Positions 24,861-37,424 of a stretch of 64,000 nt of DNA are shown piece after piece (within the stretch, counting starts at the first letter, position 1; every line of letters begins with the position of its first letter). The notes under the pieces are model-generated. The model saw only the letters and a program-made list of their open reading frames with translations, was not told where the DNA came from and ran no database searches. The stretch lies in NCBI GenBank assembly GCA_013265495.1, contig MU058824.1:2693111-2757110 (forward strand). The letters are read 5' to 3'. The stretch is from Vicugna vicugna (lineage: Eukaryota). A program made the position numbers and the translations under genes.

Positions 24861-27034
24861 AAAGACCTTCAACTGTCTGGGCCTGTCTGGGGTCCCTGAG
24901 GGGTCTGGATCTGTTCTGTTCTGAATGTGTATTAATGGCTAGAGAGTGAGATGTGGGACTCTCCCCTAGAGATGTGGTTGGGTCAGGGCCCTGCCTGCAC
25001 CTAGGGGGTGGGCTGAGGAGATACTCTCTCCTTTCAGGGTTCTGTGGTGGAGTGCTGAGGGGTGGACTCCAATTTCTGTGGCAGCAGGAGAGCCTTAAAG
25101 ATCAGGGGTCCCAGGTCTCATTTACATTTGAGGAATATGGCTATGCCCTGCTGGGGAGGAGGAACCCACATCAGAGAACTCAGTGTCCTTGCACCTGGAA
25201 TGCTGAAACCTACCCCCACGTGTTTCTGGTTTTTATTACCAAGAAAAGAGGAGAAAGGAATTCCATATATACAAACAGGGCTTGATCTCCCTCTTACAGC
25301 GTAAGCAGCTGCCCTGCTGAAGAGCATGAGGAAGCTTCCGACAGAGCCTACAGTTACATTAACTGCTGCTTTCCAACCAAGGCTGGCTCTGAATTCTACG
25401 AATAAAACTGAGAGGTTCAGGACAGATCTGAAAACCAATCTCCCCTCTCTCTTCTCAACCCTCTCCACTCACTGTGGCATTCTCTCCCTTTCTCTCTCTC
25501 CCTCCCTCCCTCTGCAAAATATGAAGTCACTCCAGTTTGGGGTTGGATACTTCTTTGTTCTGGAAATCCCCACAACAAAGGGAGAATGAATTGCACCTGG
25601 CCCAGGATAATCTTTCACAGAATTAGGCTGAAAGCACGTTCATGGAAAAACATGACAAAACGAAATAAAACCAAGATCCCCTGAAAATATAATTCATGGA
25701 GATCATCTCCCAAGAATCAACTTCTCAAGCACATCAAAATTTATTCTAAAAATGCCTCCAAAGTATCTGCTGTGACTCCCTTTACATTCAGTTTCAGGTA
25801 CATAAGTCTTGTGCCCAAAGTAGAAAAAAAGGTGAGAAAATCCCACTTTCTTTCAAGCCAAGTCCTATTTAAGAAAGACTTGGGGGTAGGAAAGCTCTCT
25901 TTGGAAGAATCAGAAAAAGCTGGAAGCAAGTAGTGGGGGTGGGGGTATCTGAATAAATAAATGTACATACTGTATGCATCTACCACCTAGCGTGTGCTCA
26001 GCACTCGGCTGGGCATTTCCAGGTGGTTCTCTCACTCATCGTTTCTTTGCAATGACCCACGTTCTCTGTGCTCCAGGGGGTCAAAGGGACTCTCCCAAGG
26101 CCACACGGGCAATAAGGGGCAGCTCACGGAGATCAAAGCTACTGGTTTTAAGGTCAGCCTATTCTGTGTCTGGGATGGACCTATTTTGTGGGGTGGCAGG
26201 AGAGAGAGGCTTCAGTTTGAAGGAACAGCAGGAGGTGCCTGCTGCCGCCTGTCTTTGTGACAGAAGGGAGAGGGATTCTCCCTGCAGACGGGCCTGGGGA
26301 TTTCTTTCCCTCACTTTGTCCTCTGTCCCTCTTCTTGGCAGCCCCTGGTCTGTCAGTCTGTAGGGGATACGCCAGCCAGTGATCCAGAGTTGTGCTCCCG
26401 GACCAGAGAAAACAGAACTGGAACCTTCCTCAAACAGTCTGCAGGACAGGTACCCCTGCCTTCAGCAGACCTGTGGGAATCTGCTTGTGCAGATCCATCA
26501 TAGGCAGTGACAGCCTGCTTGGTCACGTGATTCAAGAGCAAGGCTCACATTTCTATTTGGTTGGAGAAGGTTATAATCCACAGGAGGCTCTGGCTTCTAT
26601 CTGGCCAAGATTACACAGAGCTTCTCTTCCCCAGCTTATGTGGACGTCTCTTGCTTTAATTCTCATCCAGCCTTAGGTCTGTGTGTTGAAGGCAGTTTCA
26701 ACCTGTGGAATCTCCAACAGGCAGCTTTTCTCTTCCCTGGGGTTTGAACTATTGCTGGTCCCACCAGAACCAGACTCAGAGCTGTCTGCAACCTTCCCGT
26801 GAAAGAGACAGAGGAAATGTGTTTGTAGACATCGGAACATCGGGTCTAGAATGAAGGAGGTCACAGTCCCACTGTAGCCACAGCTAGGACATCATGATCC
26901 AGGCACAACCAGCACCAAACCATGAAGATGGCTGGTGGATAACTGTATATACGTGAGTGATGCTGCTAAAACACATGTTTACCCAAGCAGTTTCCAAGGT
27001 CACGGCTACTACTTTTGCTATTACTTATCTCATC

Positions 27035-27318
27035 AAACATTTCCCAAAGCATCTTTCCCCATGGGATACTGACAGGCATTATGTGAGGAGAAAGGAGATT
27101 TCCATGATGAAGTCTGGGAAAAGGCTGAATTAAAGAAAATTAATTGGGTTTCTTTAACTGAAGGACTTTTCAGAGCTTTTACCATGCTAATGTGCTTTAT
27201 AAATCTCTGAGAGGGAGTAGCTGGTAGCATTCCCCAGACTTACTGACCATAGATCCATTTTTCCCTCCAAGCACTTCAGGGAATGAGTGTTTCATGGAGT
27301 ACACTGTTGGAAAGTTGG
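27035..27318. mobile_element. hAT-Charlie-type non-autonomous DNA transposon
   Basis: catttcccaaag start and ctgttggaaagttg end (degenerate TIRs); core gtttctttaactgaaggacttttcagagcttttaccatgctaatgtgc. Confidence 0.65.
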
Positions 27319-27575
27319 TTTTCATGTTACACTCTGCCTACTTTTGCAAAAACTGGCATTAACCAAAGTGTGGCAAAGAAGGACATCACAGAGTGAGACT
27401 AAAAGGTACATGGAGAGTGGACACCCCAGGCTGTGAAAGGTTCCTAAAGTCCAAGACAGGAAGGAAGATGCTGGGCTACTCTAACAGCTATTGTTCTGTG
27501 TTTCCTGGGATGTTTTCTCTCAGCCCCTTCTTCTGTCAATTGAGGGATGGGGGATGTTCTCCCCTCACCCTGAGT

Positions 27576-28035
27576 TGTGTGTCATTTAGGATTAGATTTG
27601 GCTGCAAGTAACAAAGACTCCACAACAGTGGCTTAAACAAGATGGAAGCATATATTTTCTCTCACATAAAAATGTAAAGAGGAGGCAGTTCAAGGCTGGC
27701 TGGGCAGAGACATGGTATCAGGGACCCAGACTCTATCTTATTCCTCTGCTGTATATAGCTTCCAGGCCCAAAGCCACTTCATGATATAGGATGGCTGCTG
27801 GAGCTCTAGCCATTGCATCCTCATTCCAAACTATAGAAAAGAGAAAAGGGCAGCCTCTCCTATTTAAGGATTCCAGAAATAATTCAGAACACTTCTGCTA
27901 AATTTCACTGATCAGAACTTGGACAAATGGCCATACCTAATTTCAAGGGAGGTATTTCAGCAATATGCCCAACTCGAAAATGGAGGTTCCAGTAAGAAGA
28001 GGAGAATGGTTATTAGGAGAAAGCACTCTGCTGCA
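27576..28035 (-). mobile_element. MLT1J/K-type MaLR LTR
   Basis: tgtgtgtcatttaggattagatttggctgcaagtaacaaagac...agtggcttaaacaagatggaag...gatggctgctggagctctagccattgcatcc. Confidence 0.8.
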
Positions 28036-28089
28036 CATCAAATATTACTTCCCTGGCTAAAAATTTCTGGTCAGGTTAATCAATCTGAG

Positions 28090-28422
28090 TTTAGCCACCT
28101 TAGTTTGAAGCTGGAGGAGAAGCTTTTTTCCTATGGTTACTGAGCTGATGAGAGTCTGAAGGTTTGAAGCCCTGCTCCCCAGCATGTGGAGAAAGCATGT
28201 GCAGAGAGGACAGAGCCAACATGCAGAGGGACACGAAGGTGGGAGGCTAAAGAGGAAACTAAAGAGGTGTTGACTGATTGAAGGATCCCCTGTTCCAGCC
28301 ATCCCTAGTCCAGCCTCACCCCTGCCTCTTCTGGTTATAAGACCCAGTAAATTCCCCTTTTGACTTATAGTATTTCAACTTCGGCTTTTATCACTTGCCT
28401 CAAAAGAGTGCTGGCTACTAAA
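28090..28422 (+). mobile_element. Old MLT1 (K/L-like) LTR 3' fragment
   Basis: agagccaacatgcagag...cagtaaattccccttttg...tttatcacttgcctcaaaagagtgctggctacta. Confidence 0.6.
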
Positions 28423-28569
28423 GTTACCATCTTTCATTTCTGAGAGCCGGGACCACGTGGATCACTCTTGGCAGAGATAGTTTTTCCTGGAACTAAATCA
28501 CAGTAGGACTATTTCCTGATTTCCTGTTGAAGGACATCGAGTGACATAATCATACCCTTGCATATATGT

Positions 28570-28725
28570 GCAGCTGTTCACAGTTTACAAAATTCTTTAA
28601 AATCCATTAACTCATCTGAGTCTCACAGGCTCTCTGAGATATAGGTTTTATTACCCCCATTCTAAAGACAAGGACACTGAGGCTCCATGAGATAATCTGG
28701 TTTATCTACCTGGTTGGTCAGCTGC
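28570..28725 (-). mobile_element. MIR
   Basis: ctcatctgagtctcacaggctctctgagatataggttttattacccccattctaaagacaaggacactgaggctc. Confidence 0.75.
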
Positions 28726-29249
28726 GGCACCACCAGCTGTTCATGCAGCACTTCATGGGCAATCTGTGTAAAGATGAAGGCGGTATGACTCTGTCATAGC
28801 TTGGAGGAGAACACATTTTGTAGGGAGGAGAAGCTAAGAAAACCTGGCTCACATGCCTAATTCAGGGACAGAGTTCAGAGTGGAGAACTGGAGAGTGGGC
28901 CTGTTGGACTGTCTCAGATATCTGTGGTCTGCATCAAGGCGCAGGCAGGTGCAGTTTTGCAACTGATTCACGACTCACGCCTAGAAGTCTTTGCAACAAG
29001 ATTTTCTGACAAGGGTTTGTAGCCCAGACCTAGTTAAAGGGACAGCTCTCATTGCCAGTACTGGTCTGAGAATTATGTCTCTGGGTTTATGAGAATTTCA
29101 GAGGTCGGTTTGCATTCTCAACCAGAGAGAAGGCCAGTTGCCTTCAGTGGGGGAGCCAGTGTCCCTCACAGAAACATTTAGAGCATTGAGGAGCTCACGG
29201 TTCTACCTCAAGCAGCAAAAAAGAGAGAACTTGGGTTGAGCAAAGGCTT

Positions 29250-29650
29250 ATATCAAGAGGTTCCCAGTAGCCAGCAAAATGAGCTGAGTCTCTAGCAAAC
29301 ATTTTTTAAAAGAATCTATTGGAAGAATATTGGAGGATTTATAAAATCAATAGGAAGCTGGAGGGTCAGGCTTGGAAAACAGGCATGAATCAAAGTAGTG
29401 GCAGGAGGTCATGATGCAGGAAGTAGGTCATATTTCAGTCTAGTCAGGAATGACTGTCCCACCAATGAACACCGCTTCCATGAACCAGTTCTAAATGTGC
29501 TTCATTTTTACATCGCCCACTCTTAGGAATCCGATTCCCAGGCAGAGGTCCTTAATTGGCTGAGTGCCATGGCTGCCAGGGGGCAGGAAGCTGGGGAGAT
29601 GGCTCCCTTCACCTCAGTAGAGGAGGGGTATACACCTCCCCAAACAGCGG
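29250..29650 (-). mobile_element. Probable old MLT1 (M/N-like) LTR
   Basis: aagaatctattggaagaatattggagg...ggaagctggagggtcaggcttggaaaacagg...ttaattggctgag. Confidence 0.45.
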
Positions 29651-30171
29651 TCTACTCTGGTTACTGACTGCTGCTTCATTCATTTAAAAAGCCTTCTAAG
29701 TGGCTCCTGTGGGATGTTGGTTTCAAGATCTAAAGAGAAAATAAAGGGACAGAAACTGATATGTTTCAGTTTTGCCCTAGCCTTTTAGATCTTCACAGCC
29801 ACACTTAGTGGGTTTGCAGGTGTCACAAGGCCACTGTGGCCATTCCCTTACCTGCCCTGCTGCCACACTGACTTTTAAGGCATACAGACATCTCTATCCT
29901 GCTCATGGCCTTCGCATGGAGAACAAACACTTTAACCTGGTACTCAAGACCTTCGTGATCTGGCTACAAACCATCTTTCCCCATCATCCCCACCTCTACC
30001 CTCAAGACCTGTTTTCCCACCATTGAACTGTTTACAGTCTTCAAGCACACTCCTTCAAACATTTGGTTCTAGTCTTCCCTCTCCCCTTCTATCTGGGGAA
30101 CCTCAGTACTATCCCCTCCACCAGTCCTGTGGTCTTTATTTTGATTCACTTCTTGGTGGGCTGGAATATTT

Positions 30172-30687
30172 ACTGAGGTAGACAGGATGATGTCCCCCCA
30201 GAAAAGATGTTCTAATTCCCAGAATTTAGCAATATGTTACCTTACTTGGGAAAAGAGACTTTGCAGAAGTGATTATGGTTTGGGTCATTGACATAGGAAG
30301 TGTATACTGGATTATCCAGGTGGGTTCACTGTAAGCACAAAAATCTTTAGGAGCAGGGAACATCCTGACTGTGATCAGAGTAAGACACGACTATGGAAGC
30401 AGGTCAGAGAGAGGGCAGCATGAGAAGGACTTGACCCACTGCTGTTTGCTTTGAATATGGAAGAAACTATGTGCCAAAGAATCCAGGTGGCCACTAGAAG
30501 CTGGAAAAGGCAAGGAAAGGGATTCTCCCCTAGAGCCTCCAGAAGGAACCTTGTTCTGTGACACCTCAATTTTTGCTTGTGAGACCCATGCTGGACTTCT
30601 AAACTCTTAAAGCCGTAAGATAATAAATTTCTGTTGTTTTAAACCACGAAGTTTAATTTGTTACAGCAGCAATAGAAAACTAATACA
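30172..30687 (+). mobile_element. MLT1D-type MaLR solo LTR
   Basis: ctttgcagaagtgattatgg...ctggattatccaggtggg...ctagaagctggaaaaggcaaggaaagggattctcccctagagcctccagaagg...ttgttacagcagcaatagaaaactaataca. Confidence 0.9.
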
Positions 30688-30691
30688 CTTA

Positions 30692-30920
30692 GTTTGAGAT
30701 TTGCAGATACTAACTAGTATATATAAAACAGATAAACAACAAATTCATACTGTATAGCACAGGGAACTATATTCGATATCTTGTAGTAAATTATGGTGAA
30801 AAAAATATGACAATGAATATATGTATGTTCATGTATGACTGAAACATTATGCTGTACACTAGAAATTGATACAATATTGTAAACTGACTATACTTCAATT
30901 AAAATATATATACAAAATAA
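30692..30920 (+). mobile_element. Young, heavily 5'-truncated camelid-type L1 3' end with TSD
   Basis: gtttgagatttgcagatactaactagtatatataaaacagataaacaac...tgtaaactgactatacttcaattaaaa; TSD agaaaa(c/t)taatacactta at 30674-30691 and 30921-30938. Confidence 0.9.
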
Positions 30921-31280
30921 AGAAAATTAATACACTTACTCAAGTAATATTATTGGGAAAGGTATGAAGTGCTACCATTTCTGAGACTTTCCATATCTGA
31001 GGATGTATGTCTCTTCCCACAGCCCATGAACAACAATTTGGTTGAGTTTAAAACTATTGGGTCACACACAAAGCAATCTACAGGCTTAATGCAATCCCTA
31101 TCAAAATACCCATGACATTTTCCACAGAACCAGAATAAATAATCCCAAAATTTACATGGAACCAAAAAGACCCCAAGTTGCTAAAGCAATCTTTAGAGAA
31201 AAGAACAAAGCTGGAGGGATAACCCTCCCAAACTTCATACTATGCTACAAAGCTAGAGTAATCAAACAGCATGCTACTGG

Positions 31281-31356
31281 TAATTCTTTGTACTATCTTT
31301 GCAATCTTTCTGTAATTGTAAAATTCTTCTAAAAATAAAGTTCATTAGAAAGAAAA
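31281..31356 (+). mobile_element. Short L1MC-type 3' tail insert with TSD
   Basis: tctttgtactatctttgcaatctttctgtaattgtaaaattcttctaaaaataaagttcatt plus A-rich tail; TSD aaacagcatg(c/a)ta(c/t)tgg at 31264-31280 and 31357-31373. Confidence 0.75.
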
Positions 31357-31480
31357 AAACAGCATGATATTGGCACAAAAACAGACACATAGATCAATGG
31401 AACAGAATAGAGAGATCAGAAATAAACCCATACACTAATGGTCAATTAATTATGACAAAGGAGTTAAGAATATACAATGG

Positions 31481-31640
31481 GGCCGCTCCTCTCTCTCCCT
31501 CTTTGGAGATGGCCCACATTCTGTCTATGGAATGTGTACCCACTTTTAATCTGAGCACACAACCCCCACACCTCATGGCCTTTCTCTTGCCTTTCAATTT
31601 ATCTCTCTGAATAAATCTACTTTCACTCAAAAAAAATAAT
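31481..31640 (+). mobile_element. Retroposed polyadenylated ERV-LTR-like (U3-R) fragment with TSD
   Basis: ggagatggcccacattctgtctatggaatgtgt...ctctctgAATAAAtctactttcactc-A8; perfect TSD aatatacaatgg at 31469-31480 and 31641-31652. Confidence 0.75.
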
Positions 31641-32619
31641 AATATACAATGGAGAAAAGACAGAATATTCAATAAGTGGTGTTGGGAAAACTGGACAGCT
31701 ACATATAAAAAAAGGAAATTAGAACATTCTCTAATACTACATACAAAAATAAGCTCAAAATGGGTTAAAGACCTAAATGTAAGACCAAATACTATAGAAC
31801 TCCTAGAGGCAAAGCACTCTTTTACATAAATCACAGCAATATTTTTTTGGATCTGTTTCCTAAGGCAAAGAAATAAAAGCAAAAATAAGCAAATGGAACC
31901 TAATTAAACTTAAAAGCTTTTGCACAGTACAGGAAATCATCCACAAAACAAAAAGACAAACTATGAAATAGGAGAACAAGTCTGCAAATAATATGACTCA
32001 TAAGGGGTTAATACCCAAAATATATAAATAGCTCATACAACTCAATATCAAAAAAACACAAATAACCTGATCAAAAATGGACAGAAGACCTGAATAGTCA
32101 TTTTTCCAAAGATTACATACAGATGGCTAACAGGCACAAGAAAAGATGCTCAACATCACTATTAGAGAAATGCAAATAAAACAACAACGAGATATCACTT
32201 CACATGTGTCAGAATGGTTATCATCAAAAAGTCTACAAGTAACAAGTGTTGGAAAAGATGTGGAGAAAAAGGAACACTTGTACACTGTTGGTGGGAATGT
32301 AAATTGGTGAATCCACTATGGAAAACAGTATAGGATCCCTCAAAAAACTAAAAATAGAACTACCATATGACCCAAAAATTCCACTCCTGGGTATATACCT
32401 GGAAAAAATGAAAACACTAATTCAAAAAGATACATACACCCTGATGTTCATAGCACTACTTACAATAGCCAATACTAAGGGCTTGATCCCAGATGAGTTG
32501 GAGAGTTAGAGCTATAACTCCCCTCTTCCCACCCAATAAGCATAAGTCTCAAAAAGGCCAGACCCTTGGTGAATACTGGATAAGAAAAAATTCACTCTCT
32601 TATTTGTCTTGATCTGTGT

Positions 32620-34262
32620 CTTTAATACCCACATATAACACCTGCAGATAAGCTTATTGTGCAAATTACAAAAAAAAAAAATAGATCAACAATCCCTAAC
32701 AAGGGAAAGTTAGGCAAGATAACAAAAAACAGAATTCAACCAGTAAGTACTTTAGATACTTGAAAATCTGATAGCTAAAGTAAAATAAATTTTTATAAAA
32801 ATAAAAAAATAGTCTTAATGGATACTGAAGACCAATAAGCTATACAATATAGTCAAGGCAGATTTTTAAAGAATCAAGTGGCACTTTTAGACATGAAAAT
32901 ATAATTGTTGAAAATAAAAACTCATTAAATGGACTATCAGACACAATTGAAGAGAATTAGTGAAATGGAAGATAGGTTTGAGGCACAGAATGCAATACTG
33001 TGCACGAAAGAGACTGAAAATGTGAAATAGAAATTGAGAAGATAGAACAAGAAGTTCATTCTACAGAGGAGAGAATTTGAGTAGCTCCAACATACATTTA
33101 ATAGGTACTTCATAAAGTTAGAACTGAGAGGAATTGGGAGAGGCAGTATTAGTGATGTCTGAGAATAATTGATAATTAAAGATAAACACGAAATCTCAAA
33201 ATAATGGCTGAGAACATCCCAGAATTGATGAACAGCAAGAATATTCAGATTCAGTAAGTACAAGTACCAAACAAGATTTTTAAAAATTCTAAATATGCCA
33301 GAATGAAACTACGGAAGACCAGAGATCTTTAAAGCAACCAGAGACTCACGAGAAATGACAGAGGACAGCAGGCTGCTGAACAGTAATAATAAAATCCATA
33401 AGACAATGGAAAATAACTATCATCCTAGAATTCTGTAACTCACTCCTTCACTCAAAAAAAAAATTAAATTCCCAGTTAGAGTTAGGGTTAAGGATAAAAC
33501 TAATCAGGGTTTAAGAATGGTTGAAATAAAATCCTTTTAGATAAATACTGAGACAGTTTACCACAAATAGACCCTTCCTGAAAGAATTATGCTAGGATAT
33601 ATTTTAGGAAAAAGAAATTCCTAAGACTCTATATGGAGAAAAGAAATAGTAAACATTTGGTTAAATCTAAATATGCAGTGAATGCATAAAATATGAATAA
33701 TAATCTGGAAGATATAAAAATAAAATGTGACTAAAATGTTGAGCAATAGGACAGGAGGGGTATGTTGAAACCCAAGTTATGCTAAGGTCCCATATTGTCT
33801 GGGAAGAAGGTATACGTAGTGATTAATTTGATACTACCCAATATGCATATTAAAAAAAATTAAGGGTAGCCAATAAAAGTAGAAACAGTATGTATCATTT
33901 CTTAATGAATGGAAGGGAAATAAGTAATAAAAGAAGATTCAATTATACTGACAGAAGGCAAAAAAAAAGTACAGTAAATACAAAGCTTTAAATAAGATGG
34001 TTGAAATAAATCTACGAAAATTGATAGTAATAACATATGTAAACAGACCAAAGTCTCTGATGAAAGAATAGAAATTCTCAGATTTGAAATTCTTATAAAA
34101 ATCCTTATACATATTCTATCTAGGTGAATACTGACCCAAAGAAAAGTGATATAGATATTTGGACCAAAGTGCCCAAAGCATTTTTAGGGATAAAAGTGGT
34201 CATTACATAATGATAAAAGGAGTAATTGATAAGAAATATATAAAGTCTCAAATCATATAAAA
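32620..34262 (+). mobile_element. Very old L1M ORF1/inter-ORF/early ORF2 remnant
   Basis: A-rich; gaaaataaaaactcattaaatggact...gaagagaattagtgaaatggaagatagg; catcctagaattctgta; cattacataatgataaaagg. Confidence 0.75.
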
Positions 34263-34334
34263 CAGCTTAAGGCAGGGACAAGTTTGGTGAGCTGAAGGGA
34301 CAGAAAGATGGCCAGAGTGACTCTAAACTGCCAC

Positions 34335-34610
34335 ATCCAGGGGCATCTTCTCCTCTCACTCTGTAACCTCAATGTCATCTATCCACTGTCTTGACCTCTG
34401 TAGTCACCTAAAGCAAGGAATTCCAAGAGCTCTTTCCCAGGCTCCAGACTGTCTGCTGACCATTTCCATCAAGATCCCAGGCACCTCTCACCCAACATGC
34501 CCAAAGCCATGCTTCTCATCCCCACCTCCTCCACAAATAAACTCTTCTTCCTGTGTTCCCCATCTCTGCGCACCTGCCATAATCAACCCGTCACCCAAGC
34601 TAGAAAACCA
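34335..34610 (+). mobile_element. L2 fragment
   Basis: gctccagactgtctgctgaccatttcc...ggcacctctcacccaacatgcccaaa...tcacccaagctagaaaacc. Confidence 0.65.
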
Positions 34611-34789
34611 GGAGCACGGACCAAAAATCAATTGGACCATAGCCCAATGTCCACAGGTCTTTGCATGGCAAACGAACATGGCAAGCCAGATGGTGTTTGG
34701 GAAGAGACTTGGAGGACAGGAGTCACAAGAGGAGTTAGATTATATTATTTCACATTTTTGTAATTTTCCTAATTATAAGTGATTAAACA

Positions 34790-35700
34790 AAAAAGAAGTG
34801 TGTATATTAAATCTTAAAAGTCATTCAAGATCCCAGTTCCTCAAAGGTAGTCACTGTAATAGTGTATATCCTTTTATACCTTTTAAATACATATAATCTG
34901 TAGGATTGTTTTCATGTTTTAGATTTTTACACAATTATGAATATATTATACATACTGTATAGTTTCTTGTTTTTTTCAATTTATATTAATATCTTTTCAT
35001 ATCAATTCTTTTTTAACATGTATATAGTATTGCATTTTATGACTATACCTTAATTCATGTAACAAATCTCCTAATAGACATATAAGATGTTTCAAATTTC
35101 CACTTGTACAAGCAGCTGCAGTGAACCACTTTGGATGTGCATCTTTGTGCATTTGAGGGAGGAAATCTGCAGCATAAATTTCTAGAAGTGGAATGTCGGG
35201 GTCAATGGATATTCACATTTTAATTTTTGATGGATTCTGCCAAATTGACTTTAAAATATTCTCTCAATTTACCCCCTTCCCAACTGGGTATGTATTTTTC
35301 TACCATCTTATTAGCATTAAGCATGATCAGTCTTTAAAAGTGTTTTGCCAGTCTAACAGGCGAAAATATATTTTTTGTTGCTTTAATCTGTATTTCTTTG
35401 TTTTTTAATTTCTTTGAGCACTGTATCTATTTCTCTTTAAGTGAATTTCTAGTCTAAATCTTCTGCACAGTTACTATTGGGTTGTTTTAATTTCTTTATT
35501 GGGTTGTGGAGAGTTCTTTATACATTAACACTATTAACCTTTAGTATGCAATAAATGTTGAAAATGCTTTTACTCAATTTGTTATTTGTACTTTAGTTTT
35601 ATTTATGATATCATTTGCCTTACAGAGATTTTAAATATTTATGCAGTTAAACCTTTTCTGTCATGATTTCTGGCCTTGTTTTCCCTTCATCACCTTGTTT
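34790..35700 (-). mobile_element. Old L1M(E)-type fragment
   Basis: T-rich; aaatttctagaagtggaatgtcggggtcaatgg; ttttgatggattctgccaaattg; gagttctttatacatt. Confidence 0.75.
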
Positions 35701-36127
35701 TTTAATGATCTGTTAATGATTTTACTCTCTAGTTAATCATGAGTTCCTTGAGGGCAGAGGCTACCTCTTATTCATATCTGTAGATCCCTACTCCAGAAAT
35801 CATTCACCCCCAGCCTTGGCTGTGATGAATACTTAATAAATACACACATTTAAAATTTTTATTGAGTCGACAGAATTCAGTGTGCTATAAAACAAGCAAG
35901 CATAGAAAATTTAATTGTAAGATTGAGGTTGAGGGAAAATCTCCAAGGAAAGTTGGTCTCCAAACCAAAATGCCTGGTGAGTTAGAAATTGTAATTCTGA
36001 TCAATATGTGGACTAAGATCAGGGTTAAATTCAGCTGGTAGTGGAAAATTATTAAAAAGATTACAATAAACATGTTCTTTATTTGTTTCATTTTAAAAGA
36101 TGGTTTTGTCAATATCTGCTCTCAGAA

Positions 36128-36210
36128 TCAGAGTTTAATATCAAAAAGTCATAGTTTAATATAAAAAGTCACAGTTTAATATAAAAAGTAGTCTGAATTT
36201 AATATAAAAA
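36128..36210. repeat. Short tandem repeat, ~20-bp unit, 3-4 copies
   Basis: Unit (agtttaatataaaaagtcac) repeated with variation. Confidence 0.8.
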
Positions 36211-37174
36211 TAACAAAGTGGGGAGTTCAGATGATAATCTGGACCCCGTGTAAACCACATGCCCGATGAACCACTTTAACCATGTTAACTACCCCACCCT
36301 AGCTGGTGGGGGTGTACACCAACCTCAGGGCTCAGGAGAAGAAAGCAAAAGGCAGACGCTTAAGTACAAGAACCACACACCTGAAGCTGTGAAATGCTAT
36401 GGCTATTTACAACCTTAATGCTGCTTCATCAAAACTGGGGAAAGCCGTGTGACTTTGAGGAAATCCCTTGGCCTCGATTTGGCTATTTTAAAAACAAAGG
36501 GGTCACTGGGTGATCTTGGCAGCTCCTTCCGAAACGGAAGTCCAGGGAGTTGATGAGTGTCTTTCTATAAAATGGTTTCCAGAGCCCTGCCTTCCTGGAA
36601 TTCCCCTGCGGCTCAATCGGAGGTGTGAAGGGAAACCCATCACAGCTGTTACCAGCTGTTCTGTGAGGCTTCTCTGGGAGCCCCCAAGAGTGTCAACACT
36701 GATGTCTGTATGAGTTAAATTAAATTCCAGGGGCTAGTGTGAAACTGGAACAGGCTTGATGTTTTTATCTGTCTGCTGCTGGGCTCCTGTGGGGCCTATG
36801 GCTTCAGCTGAGCTAACATGAGGGAAGGGAGTGGAGTGGAAGGGGCAGTCTTCTCTCTGTTATTTATGTATGGTTCACGATCATTTTATTATATTAATGA
36901 TAACCTGACCACTTCCTTAAAAGATTCAAGATGATTCATTAATTCACTGGAATAATAGGTAGTCTGTGCCTGCTCTGTGCCAGCCCCAGTGCTGGAGGAG
37001 ATGGAAACACATGAAAAAACAGTACCATCTCTTCCATAGTATCATAGAGGCACTGGATGCACACGGGCTATGAGGAACCAGAGGAAGGAGAAAGCAATTT
37101 TGATTGTCCAGAGGTGAGCATGGAGGAAAGAGAGAGGGGAAAGGAATGACAATTTTTTTGTGTGCCTTCTAGGA

Positions 37175-37390
37175 GGCACTATGTCATAATGATTAAGAGC
37201 CTCAGCTCTTGAGACTGATAAGACTGGTTTCAACCTCTTTAAACCTCAGTTTCCTTATCTGTAAAATGGAATAACAGAACTTCCTTCATTGGGTTGTTGT
37301 TGAGGAGACTAAAAGAAAAATGCATTTAAAGCAACTGATATGATGTCCTGCACATGGCAAACATGTGATACATGGTCACTGCTATTATTA
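37175..37390 (+). mobile_element. MIR
   Basis: aaacctcagtttccttatctgtaaaatggaataac...tgcatttaaagca...gctattattatt. Confidence 0.8.
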
Positions 37391-37424
37391 TTGTTCTGTA
37401 ATCAGTCACTAAGATGAGCTTTAT

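Larger units (their letters stand above)
31070..32473 (+). mobile_element. L1 ORF2 3' portion (decayed), carrying two nested inserts
   Basis: aagcaatctacaggcttaatgcaatccctatcaaaatacc; aaagacctaaatgtaagacc; ORF 32318-32509 (ELPYDPKIPLLGIY) is the L1 ORF2p C-terminal motif. Confidence 0.9.

Noticed and set aside
31442..32509. 146-aa and 63-aa ORFs
   Set aside because: Antisense and sense remnants of decayed L1 ORF2, not a host gene or an intact element.
36128..36210. CRISPR-like repeat array
   Set aside because: Head-to-tail AT-rich tandem units without unique spacers, in clearly mammalian DNA.
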